A DNA stretch of 64,000 bases. Source: Eledone cirrhosa. Its lineage: Eukaryota. Made by a program: the position numbers and the translations under genes. The DNA lies in the NCBI GenBank assembly GCA_964016885.1, contig OZ024757.1:13330001-13394000 (forward strand), given 5' to 3'. The notes under the pieces were generated by a model, which saw nothing but the letters and a program-made list of their open reading frames with translations, did not search any database and had not been told where the DNA came from. Numbering within the stretch: the first letter of the stretch is position 1; every line of letters begins with the position of its first letter. Positions 24,894-36,900 of the stretch are shown piece by piece.

Positions 24894-27321
24894 CAGACAA
24901 ATAAAAGATACAGCTCACCTTGAGGAACAAACATGGAAAAATATAACAGTTGAACATCTGCGTTTAGCTCTTAGAAAATCCAACAAATGGAAATTCCCAG
25001 GGAAAGACAAAATATCAAATTTTTTGATAAATGCCTTCAGAGAGTCTCATGAGCTGTTAGCCCAACTTTACAATGAAATAGTTAAGGAGCCAGAAAAATA
25101 CCATCATGGCATTACATTCCTATTTCCGAAGAATAATGAGACAAATAATCCAAAAAATTACAGACCGATAACTTGCTTGACCACAATGTATAAAATCTTA
25201 ACATCAGTCCTAACTGAATATACATATGCTCACCTGATAACAAATGATCTATTTCCCAATGAGCAGAAACGGTGTAAACGAGGCTCATATGACTGTAAGG
25301 ATCAGCTTTTGATTAACAAAATGATACTGGAAGATTGTTATAATAGACACAAAAATCTAGCAATTGCTTGGATAGATGACAAAAAAGCATTTGATAGTTT
25401 GCCAGACAGCTGGATTGAAAAGTGTTTAGAGATTTTCAAAATATCTCCTGTTGTCAGGAGGTTCCTGTTATTCAGTATGGAAACATGGAAAACAACACTC
25501 CATTTGAACAATGAAAAAAAAATCACTGGAAGCTGGAGAAGTTAATATTGATTGTGGGATTTTTCAGGGTGACTCTTTATCAGCGTTTTTATTCTGCATC
25601 GCACTTATACCATTAAGTAAAATGCTCAAACATGGATATAGAGTCTATGACAAAACCATTAATCACTTGTTCTACATGGATGACCTGAAACTATTTGCAA
25701 AAAATGATGGGCAATTGCCAGGACTATTATCCACTGTGAAGCAATTCAGTGATGATATTAAAATGGAGTTTAGACTAGATAAATGTGCCAAAGCGACGTT
25801 CACCAGAGGTAAGTTGCTGAGAAGTTCAGACATTAATCTCGATTGGGGGAATGTGATAAGAGAACTTGATCAAGAGGAAACTTACAAATATCTAGGTGTT
25901 TGTGAAGGAGTTGGAATCAAGCACTCGACAATGAGGGAAAAGATAAGGAAGGAATGTTACCGCAGAGTAAGAGCAATCTTAAGAACGGAGTTGAATGCAC
26001 ACTTGCCATACCAGTAGTAACCTACAGTTACAATGTCATCAACTGGTCAATCACAGAGATCCGTAGGCTCGATACAAAAATTAGAATATTCTTAACCATG
26101 CACAAAATGCATCACCCTAAGGCAGATAGAATATATCTCCCTAGGAAAGGAGGAGGATGTGGGTTAATCCAGTTAGATATTGCGTTGATAACTGCAACAA
26201 TTGGATTATCTACATACCTAAGGGAATCACATGATTGGATGATCAAACTCGTTTTGAAACACGAAAGCATCAAAAGATCATACTCCATTACAAAAGATGC
26301 ACAAAGATACAGTAATGGACTACAAATTTCAGAAGTCCCATTTACTGCTGAAATGGAAAACACAGAAAAAGCAAAGCAGGTAAAAGTAACTGCAAAGAAA
26401 GAACTGCTTCAGAAACTGGCTAAGAAATGGCAAGAAAAGCCTCTGTATGGAAAATACCCAAAAGAGCTAACAATCCTGATGTTGACAAAACTTTAACCCA
26501 TCAGTGGTTGGCATCCTCTGAACTGAAATCGGAGATTGAAGGACTGATTATATCAGCACAAGATCAGTGTCTGCCAACAAAATATTATCAAGCCAACATC
26601 ATAAAAAAATGGATGCAACCCATTATGCCGTGTATATAAAAAACAACCAGAGACCATTGATAATATAATTTCAATGTGCAGTCCTATAGCTCCAACTGAA
26701 TACCTAAACAGGAACGACAGAGCTGCACAATACATACATAGGGTAATGTGTAAGCATTTTGACCTGCCCCATCAAAAGAATTGGTGGGAGCATCAACCAC
26801 CTCCCGTACTTGAAAAAGATCACATTTCAATTTTGTGGAACTTTACCATAAAAACAGACCGAAAAATAGATGCAAATAGACCTGATGTAATACTGAAGGA
26901 CTTTCAACAGAGGGTATGCCTTCTAATTGATATGTCCATTCCAATAGATAAGAATGTATCGATAAAAACATTTGAAAAATTGAGCAAGTATAAAGACCGG
27001 GAGATAGAGATTGGAAAAATGTGGAAGTTGAGAACTAAAACAATACCAGTGGTCTAATGATTACTTATTCCAAATCCCAGGAAACCCACGTATAGAAGAA
27101 ATACAAAAGATAGTACTAATGGGAACTGCCCATATACTAAGGAAGATTCTGTCAATATAAATACATCACAAGTCTAAACACCTAAAGATACATGTATGTG
27201 TGTATGTGTGTTCCTTCTTGAACATGGTGGACCTTGTTGTCTCTTAAGGTCACTGGTTGTGACTTGGTGATAACACGTATGAACATAAAGCAAGATAAAT
27301 GAAAGAAAAAAAAAAAATAAT

Positions 27322-28950
27322 GCCGAAAGATGTCCCGTGCTACGAAAGCTCAGTTACTTATTGACAAGATGGTAATAAGGAATTGCAAGAGGAGGCATAC
27401 TGGTATCTTCCAAGGAGATAGTTTGTCCCCTTTGTTGTTTGTCCTTACCCTCATACCTCTGTCCCTCATATTGCAAAAAGTGAAAGCAGGATACAAGCTG
27501 GGAAGAGGAGAGCTTAACATCAATTACCTCCTCTTCATGGATGATCTAAAGCTCTTTGGGAAAAGCGAGGAGTTGGATGTACTTGTTAACACTGTCTGTA
27601 TTTTCAGCAATGATATATGTATGGAATTTGGTATTATTAAGTGTGGAGTCCTAGTAATGAAGAACGGGTAAATTGAACAGAAGCAACGGAATCCAGGTAC
27701 CAACAGGTGAGATGATAATGAGATCGACACTGAAGAGGGATACAGATATTTGGGTGTTCTGGAGGCAGATGACATCAAGAACAATAAAATGAAGGAATTC
27801 ATAAGATCTGAATACATTCGGAGAGTAAGGAACATACTAAAATCACATCTAAATAGTAGGAATGTCATAAGTGCAGTAAATTCCCGAGCTGTGTCTATTA
27901 TTAGGTACAGTGCGGGAATTCTGAAATGGAATGTTGCTGAACAAAAAGAAATGGATAGAAAGACTAGGAAGCTAATGACTATCTACAACATGTTCCACAA
28001 GAGGAGTTATGTCGATAGACTCTACTTAAAGAGATCTGAAGGTGGAGGTGGTCTGATCAGTGTAAAGGACTGTGTTCAGATGGAGAAAAACAGTCTACAC
28101 AAATATGTGTCTGTGAGTAGGGAGCTGATGTTCAAAGTTGTATTGAAGGAGAAGACAATAGACCAGGGGATGTCCAAGGAGGAAATAACAAGATCAACCT
28201 TCATGAAAAATCCCTTCATAGCACCTTTTTTAAGAAAACGGAATTCAGAGATCCACAGACATGGAACTGGTTAAAAAGAGGAGACCTTAAAAAAGCTACA
28301 GAAGGAATGCTTATGGTTGCACAAGAGCAGGCACTCAGACCGAAGTGGGTGAAACACTATATTGACAAGGAGGAGGCTAGCTCACTGTGTAGGAACTGTG
28401 GAGAGAGAGAGGAGACTCTGGCTCACATTGTATCCGAGTGTAAACACCTAGCTCAGACTCACTATAAAGGCTGGAGACATGATATGATAGGCAGGGTGAT
28501 CCACTGGCACCTATGCAATTTACCACATTCTGAGAAGTGGTATGAGCATAAGCCAGAGTCGGTGATAGAAAGCGATCAGGTGAAGGTGCTATGGGATTTC
28601 ATGATGCAGACACAAGAAATTAGAACACAATAGGCTTGACCTGGTGGTTTTTGACAAAAAAAAATGATCATGCCTGATTGTAGATACCAAGATTTAAAGT
28701 GGGAATTAAAATGGATTTGGGACTGATATAAGATCAAGGTTGTCCTGATTGTCATAGGAGCACTATGGAGTTTCAATGATGGTTAAAGAACATTGGTCCA
28801 GCCCCATTTTTTGGAACACTTCAAAAAGCATGCTTGCTGCGAACAGCAAGAACCCTCCAATATGTCCTGAATATTTGAGGCTGCAGGTAGGGGCTTGATA
28901 TTCATTTTAACAAACTTTTCAGTTAAATAACATCAATGACTGAGACTCCA
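27322..28950 (+). mobile_element. R4/Dong-like RLE retrotransposon, truncated and internally deleted, same subfamily as 19109-19503
   Basis: QLLIDK..RRHT fused to GIFQGDSLSPLLF; LFMDDLKL; AQEQAL; CRNCGEREETLAHIVSEC. The 3' ~150 bp is near-identical to 19355-19500; ends in (AAT)n. Confidence 0.9.
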
Positions 28951-28967
28951 ATAATGATAATAATAAT

Positions 28968-29275
28968 GATTTCTGATTTATGCAGAAAGCCAGCAATTTT
29001 AGGGGAGGAGAAAGTCGATTAAAGGCAAAGCTAACCTCAGCAGGATATGAACTCAGAACATAAAAGGCTGTAACTCTATGCTGCGAAACAGGGTGTCCGA
29101 TGTTCTAGTAGTAATAATAATAATTGTTTCTACGTTTGGCACAAGACCAGCAAATACCCAGTGCATTACTGGTACTTTATTTTATCGACCCCGTAAGGAT
29201 GAAAGGCAAAGTTATCCTCGGCGGGATTTGAACTCAGAATGGCAAGGACAGCATGGCGTCCGACCCTCTAATCGT
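28968..29275 (-). mobile_element. Two tandem SINE copies (about 28968-29102 and 29124-29275)
   Basis: Both carry AAAGGCAAAG(C/T)TA(A/T)CCTC..GGAT(A/T)TGAACTCAGAA. Confidence 0.8.
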
Positions 29276-29284
29276 TCTCGGTCT

Positions 29285-30205
29285 TCAAGGAAGCTAAAAA
29301 ATTCAAATCAGAAACTGGACTAACAGATAATTGTGAGGAAAATAAAAGCATAGAAAAAACAACAATAGAAATTGTGAGAAACATAAAATTTAAATGGCCA
29401 ATACCCCCAAAAAGCTAATTAGAAACGAAGCAGACAAACAAAACACACCAAACTGTCTCTGAAGCACTGGACTAAAAGCTGAGATGGAAGGATTTCTAAC
29501 TGCAGCACAGGACCAGATCTACCTACCAGAAGTACATAATGAAAGGAAGCACAATAAGTAACTGTAGAATATATGGAGATAGGCGAGAAACAACCAACCT
29601 CATAGTCTCTGGATGCCCAGCACTAGCCAGAAAGGAATATATCCACAAGCCTGATAGAGTTGGGACCTTCAATCACTGGAAGTTATGCCAGCATTATGAA
29701 ATACCAACAGAAAAACGATGGTACAAACACACCAGAAAAAGTGTCAAAGAATGACAAAGCAACCATTCTCTGGGATATTCCTATATATACAGACAGAGAG
29801 ATCAAAGCCAACCAACCAGACATTATAGTCAAAGACCACAAAGAAAAAGAAAATGCCTTCTGATAGATGTATCAATCCCCACAGATAACAATATATCTTC
29901 CAGGGAAATAGAGAAACTCTCCAAATATAAAGATCTAGAGATAGAAATAACTTGAATGTGGAAAATGAAAACAGAAACGATACCTATAATAATAGGTGCT
30001 CTGGGAATTATAAAGTAAGCACACAGACAAATACATAGCCAAAACCCCAGGACCTACAAATATATTCAGCATACAAAAGATAGCACTACTACGCAGTGTA
30101 CACATATTACAAAAAGTACTATCAATACTATAGAAACAACATCAGCAAAAATTACACTGCACATACCCAAGGTGCACAGAGCTGTGCTTGGTAAAACAGT
30201 AATGA
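29285..30205 (+). mobile_element. R4/Dong-like RLE retrotransposon 3' fragment (third subfamily)
   Basis: GLKAEMEGFLTAAQDQ, CRIYG..ETTNLIVSGC, ILWDIPIYTDREIKANQPDII, IDVSIP, KYKDLEIEI, TIPIIIGALG. Confidence 0.85.
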
Positions 30206-30222
30206 TGCGCAATAAAAATAAT

Positions 30223-30402
30223 TGTTTCTACTTTTGGCACAAGGCCAGCAATTACCCAGTACATTACTGGTACTTTATTTTATCGACCCCGTAAGGATGA
30301 AAGGCAAAGTTAACCTCGGCGGGATTTGAACTCAGATCATAAAGGGACGTAACTCTATGCTTCAAAGCATTGTGTCTGACTCTCTATCGATACTGCCAAT
30401 CC
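30223..30402 (-). mobile_element. tRNA-derived SINE with 18-bp TSD
   Basis: TSD ATGCGCAATAAAAATAAT at 30205-30222 and 30403-30420; B box GTTCAAATCC. Confidence 0.92.
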
Positions 30403-30439
30403 ATGCGCAATAAAAATAATAATGGAAATAATAATAATA

Positions 30440-30917
30440 AAGTTCAATATTGATAAGTCAGTGAATACCCCAATTTGTATGGTGAGGAAGGTGAGACAAT
30501 AAATCACATTATTAGTGAATGTAAGATACTTGCTCAGAGAAAGTACAAGAGAAGACATGACAACATTGCCAGATTGGTTCATTAGAAGCTCTGTCATAAG
30601 TATGACATGAGCAGAAATGACAAATGGTGAGAACACCAACTGGAAACAGTGGCTGAAATTGAACAGTGTAAGATCTTGTGGGACATGAGCATCCAGTGTG
30701 GCCATCTTATTGTGGGTAGAATCCGTGACATTGTTGTTGTAGAAAAGAAGATTAACAAGGCAAGTGTTGTAGATATTACTTCCCCATGGGACCACAGGGT
30801 GAATAAGAAGGAAAGGGAGAGAGTTGAGAAATATCAGGAGTGGAAGAGGGAAATCAGGAAACCATAGAGAATCAGACATCTAGAAGTGGTTGGTACACTG
30901 GGAGTAGTTAGTAGGTT
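30440..30917 (+). mobile_element. R4/Dong-like RLE retrotransposon 3' fragment that runs directly into the satellite
   Basis: ETINHIISECKILAQRKYKRRHDNIARLVH, KILWDMSIQC..RIRDIVVV..VVDITSPWD..KERERVEKYQEWKREIRKP*RIRHLEVVGTLGVVSRLDM; starts after (AAT)n. Confidence 0.88.
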
Positions 30918-33900
30918 AGACATGTAGTAGTGGTACCAATTGTGGTTGGTGTACTGGGAGTAGTTAGTAGGTTAGACATGTAGTAGTGGTACCAATTGTG
31001 GTTGGTACACTAGGAGTAGTTAGTAGGTTAGACATATAGAAGTGGTACCGACTGTGGTTGGTACACTAGGAGTAGTTAGTAGGTTAGACATATAGAAGTG
31101 GTACCGACTGTTGTTGGTACACTGGGAGTAGTTAGTAGGTTAGACATGTAGTAGTGGTACCAATTGTGGTTGGTGTACTGGGAGTAGTTAGTAGGTTAGA
31201 CATGTAGTAGTGGTACCAATTGTGGTTGGTACACTAGGAGTAGTTAGTAGGTTAGACATATAGAAGTGGTACCGACTGTGGTTGGTACACTAGGAGTAGT
31301 TAGTAGGTTAGACATATAGAAGTGGTACCGACTGTTGTTGGTACACTGGGAGTAGTTAGTAGGTTAGACATGTAGTAGTGGTACAGACTGTGGTTGGTGT
31401 ACTAGGAGTAGTTAGTAGGTTAGACATGTAGTAGTGGTACCAACTGTGGTTGGTGTACTGGTAATAGTTAGTAGGTTAGACATGTAGAAGTGGTACCAAC
31501 TGTGGTTGGTACACTGGGAGTAGTTAGTAGGTTAGACATGTAGAAGTGGTACCAACTGTGGTTGGTGAACTGGGAGTAGTTAGTAGGTTAGACATGTAGA
31601 AGTGGTACCAACTGTGGTTGGTGTACTGAGAGTAGTTAGTAGGTTAGACATGTAGAAGTGGTACCGACTGTGGTTGGAACAATAGGAGTAGTTAGTAGGT
31701 TAGACATGTAGAAGTGTTACCAACTGTGGTTGGTGTACTGGGAGTAGTTAGTAGGTTAGATATGTAGTAGTGGTACCGACTGTGGTTGGTACACTGGGAG
31801 TAGTTAGAAGGTTAGACATGTAGTAGTGGTACCGACTGTGGTTGGTGTACTGGGAGTAGTTAGTAGGTTAGACATGTAGTAGGTACCAACTGTGGTTGGT
31901 ACACTAGGAGTAGTTAGTAGGTTAGACATGTAGAAGTGGTACTAACTGTGGTTGGTGTACTGGGAGTAGTTAGTAGGTTAGAGATGTAGTAGTGGTACCA
32001 ATTGTGGTTGGTACACTAGGAGTAGTTAGTAGGTCAGACATGTAGTAGTTGTACCGACTGTGGTTGGTGTACTGGAAGTAGTTAGTAGGTTAGACATGTA
32101 GTAGTGGTACCGAGTGTGGTTGGTGTACTGGGAGTAGTTAGTAGGTTAGACATGTAGTAGTGGTACCGACTGTGGTTGGTGTACTGGGAGTAGTTAGAAG
32201 GTAGACATGTAGTAGTGGTACCAACTGTGGTTGGTACACTGGGAGTAGTTAGTAGGTTAGACATGTAGTAGTGGTACGAATTGTGGTTGGTACACTAGGA
32301 GTAGTTAGTAGGTTAGATATGTAGTAATGGTATCAATTGTGGTTGGTGTACTGGGAGTAGTAAGTAGGTTAGACATGTAGTAGCGGTACCGACTGTGGTT
32401 GGTGTTCTGGGAGTAGTTAGTAGGTTAGACATGTAGAAGTGGTACCACATGTGGATGGTGTACTGGGAGTAGTTAGTAGGTTAGACATATAGTAGTGGTA
32501 CCGACTGTGGTTGGTACACTGGGAGTAGTTAGTAGGTTAGACATATAGTAGTGGTACCGACTGTGGTTGGTACACTGGGAGTAGTTAGTAGGTTAGACAT
32601 GTAGTAGTCGTACCAACTGTGGTTGGTTTACTGGGAGTAGTTAGTAGGTTAGACATGTAGTAGCGGTACCGACTGTGGTTGGTGTTCTGGGAGTAGTTAG
32701 TAGGTTAGACATGTAGAAGTGGTACCACATGTGGTTGGTGTACTGGGAGTAGTTAGTAGGTTAGACATATAGTAGTGGTACCGACTGTGGTTGGTACACT
32801 GGGAGTAGTTAGTAGGTTAGACATATAGTAGTGGTACCGACTGTGGTTGGTACACTGGGAGTAGTTAGTAGGTTAGACATGTAGTAGTGGTACCAACTGT
32901 GGTTGGTTTACTGGGAGTAGTTAGTAGGTTAGACATGTAGTAGTGGTACCAATTGTGGTTGGTGTACTGGGAGTAGTTAGTAGGTTAGACATATAGAAGT
33001 GGTACCGGCTGTGGTTGGTGTACTGGGAGTAGTTAGTAGGTTAGACATGTAGTAGTCGTACCAACTGTGGTTGGTACACTGGGAGTAGTTAGTAGGTTAG
33101 ACATGTAGAAGTGGTATCAACTGTGGTTGGTGTACTGGGAGTAGTTAGTAGGTTAGACATGTAGTAGTGGTACCGACTGTGGTTGGTACACTGGGAGTAG
33201 TTAGTAGGTTAGACATGTAGAAGTGGTACCAACTGTGGTTGGTGTACTGGGAGTAGTTAAGAGGTTAGACATGTACTAGTGGTACCAACTGTGGTTGGTG
33301 TACTGGGAGTAGTTAGTAGGTTAGACATGTAGTATTGGTACCAAATGTGGTTGGTACACTAGGAGTAGTTAGTAGGTTAGACATGTAGAAGTGGTACCAA
33401 TTGCAGTTGGTACACTGGGAGTAGTTAGTAGGTTAGACACGTAGTAGTGGTACCGACTGTGGTTGGTGTACTGGGAGTAGTTAGTAGGTTAGACATGTAG
33501 TAGTGGAACCAACTGTGGTTGGTACACTGGGAGTAGTTAGTAGGTTAGACATGTAGTAGTGGTACCAATTGTGGTTGGTACACTAGGAGTAGTTAGTAGG
33601 TCAGACATGTAGTAGCTGTACCGACTGTGGTTGATGTACTGGGCGTAGTTAGTAGGTTAGACATGTAGTAGTTGTACCGACTGTGGTTGGTGTACTGGGA
33701 GTAGTTAGTAGGTTAGACATGTAGTAGTGGTACCAACTGTGGTTGGTACACTAGTAGTTAGTAGGTTAGACATGTAGTAGTGGTACCAATTGTGATTGGT
33801 ACACTAGGAGTAGTTAGTAGGTCATACATGTAGTAGTTGTACCGACTGTGATTGGTGTACTGGGAGTAGTTAGTAGGTTAGACATGTAGAAGTAGTATCG

Positions 33901-36900
33901 ACTGTGGTTGGTACACTAGTTGTTAGTAGGTTAGACATGTAGTAGTGGTACCGACTGTGGTTGGTGTACTGGGAGTAGTTAGTAGGTTAGACATGTAGAA
34001 GTAGTATCGACTGTGGTTGGTGTACTGGGAGTAGTTAGTAGGTTAGACATGTAGTAGTGGTACCGACTGTGGTTGGTACACTAGGAGTAGTTAGTAGGTT
34101 AGATATGTAGAAGTAGTATCGACTGTGGTTGGTGTACTGGGAGTAGTTAGTAGGTTAGACATGTAGTAGTGGTACCGACTGTGGTTGGTACACTAGGAGT
34201 AGTTAGTAGGTCATACATGTAGTAGTTGTACCCACTGTGATTGGTGTACTGGGAGTAGTTAGTAGGTTAGACATGTAGTAGTGGTACCAACTGTGGTTGG
34301 TACACTAGTAGTTAGTAGGTTAGACATGTAGTAGTGGTACCGACTGTGGTTGGTGTACTGGGAGTAGTTAGTAGGTTAGACATGTAGAAGTGGTACCAAC
34401 TGTGGTTGGTACACTGGGAGTAGTTAGTAGGTTAGGCATGTAGAAGTGGTACCAACTGTAGTTGTTGTACTGGGAGTAGTTAGTAGGTAGACATGTAGTA
34501 GTGGTACCAACTGTGGTTGGTACACTGGGAGTAGTTAGTAGGTTAGACATGTAGTAGTGGTACGAATTGTGGTTGGTACACTGGGAGTAGTTAGTAGGTT
34601 AGACATGTAGAAGTAGTATCGACTGTGGTTAGTGTACTGGGAGTAGTTAGCAGGTTAGACATGTTGTAGAGGTACCAACTGTGGTTGGTTCACTAGGAGT
34701 AGTTAGTAGGTTAGACATGTAGAAGTGGTACCAATTGCAGTTGGCACACTGGGAGTAGTTAGTAGGTTAGACATGTAGAAGTAGTATCGACTGTGTTTGG
34801 TGTACTGGGAGTAGTTAGTAGGTTAGACATGTAGTAGTGGTACCGACTGCGGTTGGTACACTGGGTGTAGTTAGAAGGTTAGACACGTAGTAGTGGTACT
34901 GACTGTGGTTGGTGTACTGGGAGTAGTTAGTAGGTTAGACATGTAGTAGGTTAGACATGTAGTAGTAGTACCAACTGTAGTTGGTACACTGGGAGTAGTT
35001 AGTAGGTTAGACATGTAGTAGTGGTACCAATTGTGGTTGGTACACTAGGAGTAGTTAGTAGGTCAGACATGTAGTAGTTGTACCGACTGTGGTTGGTACA
35101 CTGGGTGTAGTTAGAAGGTTAGACACGTAGTAGTGGTACTGACTGTGGTTGGTGTACTGGGAGTAGTTAGTAGGTTAGACATGTAGTAGTGGTACCGACT
35201 GTGGTTGATACACTGGGAGTAGTTAGTAGGTTAGACATGTAGTAGTGGTACCAACTGTGGTTGGTGTACTGGGAATAGTTAGTAGCTTAGACATGTAGAA
35301 GTGGTACCAATTGCAGTTGGTACACTGGGAGTAGTTAGTAGGTTAGACATGTAGAAGTGGTACTAACTCTGGTTGGTGTACTGGGAGTAGTTAGTAGGTT
35401 AGACATGTAGTAGGTTAGACATGTAGTAGGTTAGACATGTAGTAGTGGCACCAATTGTGGTTGGTACACTAGGAGTAGTTAGTAGGTCAGACAGGTAGTA
35501 GTTGTACCGGCTGTGGTTGGTGTACTGGAAGTAGTTAATAGGTTAGACATGTAGTAGTGGTACAAACTGTGGTTGGTACACTAGTAGTTAGTAGGTTAGA
35601 CATGTAGTAGTGGTACCGACTGTGGTTGGTGTACTGGGAGTAGTTAGTAGGTTAGGCATGTAGAAGTGGTACCAACCGTGGTTGGTGTACTGGGAGTAGT
35701 TAGTAGGTAGACATGTAGTAGTGGTACCAACTGTGGTTGGTGTACTGGGAGTAGTTAGTAGGTTAGACATGTAGAAGTAGTATCGACTGTGGTTGGTACA
35801 CTGGGAGTAGTTAGTAGGTTAGACATGTAGTAGTGGTACCAACTGTGGTTGGTACACTAGTAGTTAGTAGGTTAGACATGTAGAAGTGGTACTAACTGTA
35901 ATTGGTGTACTGGGAGTAGTTAGTAGGTTAGACATGTAGAAGTGGTACCACTGTGGTTGGTGTACTGAGAGTAGTTAGTAGGTTAGACATGTAGTAGGTT
36001 AGACATGTAGTAGTGGTACCAACTGTGGTTGGTACACTTGGAGCAGTTAGTAGGTTAGAGATGTAGTAGTTGTACCAATTGTGGTTGGTACACTAGGAGT
36101 AGTTAGAAGGTAGACATGTAGTAGTGGTACCAACTGTGGTTGGTACACTGGGAGTAGTTAGTAGGTTAGACATGTAGTAGTGGTACCAATTGTGATTGGT
36201 ACACTAGGAGTAGTTACTAGGTCATACATGTAGTAGTTGTACCGACTGTGATTGGTGTACTGGGAGTAGTTAGTAGGTTAGACATGTAGAAGTAGTATCG
36301 ACTGTGGTTGGTACACTAGTTGTTAGTAGGTTAGACATGTAGTAGTGGTACCGACTGTGGTTGGTGTACTGGGAGTAGTTAGTAGGTTAGACATGTAGAA
36401 GTAGTATCGACTGTGGTTGGTGTACTGGGAGTAGTTAGTAGGTTAGACATGTAGTAGTGGTACCGACTGTGGTTGGTACACTAGGAGTAGTTAGTAGGTT
36501 AGATATGTAGAAGTAGTATCGACTGTGGTTGGTGTACTGGGAGTAGTTAGTAGGTTAGACATGTAGTAGTGGTACCGACTGTGGTTGGTACACTAGGAGT
36601 AGTTAGTAGGTCATACATGTAGTAGTTGTACCCACTGTGATTGGTGTACTGGGAGTAGTTAGTAGGTTAGACATGTAGTAGTGGTACCAACTGTGGTTGG
36701 TACACTAGTAGTTAGTAGGTTAGACATGTAGTAGTGGTACCGACTGTGGTTGGTTTACTGGGAGTAGTTAGTAGGTTAGACATGTAGAAGTGGTACCAAC
36801 TGTGGTTGGTGTACTGGGAGTAGTTACTAGGTTAGGCATGTAGAAGTGGTACCAACTGTAGTTGGTACACTGGGAGTAGTTAGTAGGTTAGGCATGTAGA

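Larger units (their letters stand above)
20176..27318 (+). mobile_element. Near full-length decayed R4/Dong-like non-LTR retrotransposon (RT, CCHC knuckle, RLE), interrupted by a SINE and an RTE LINE
   Basis: KKWSREDNK, N..FKNNQKNFY, KWKFPGKDKI, NYRPITCLTTMYKILT, GIFQGDSLS, HLFYMDDLKLF, YKYLG, RIYLPRKGGGCGL, EGLIISAQDQ, RPDVI..LIDMSIP..KLSKY..EI; A-rich 3' end. Confidence 0.9.
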
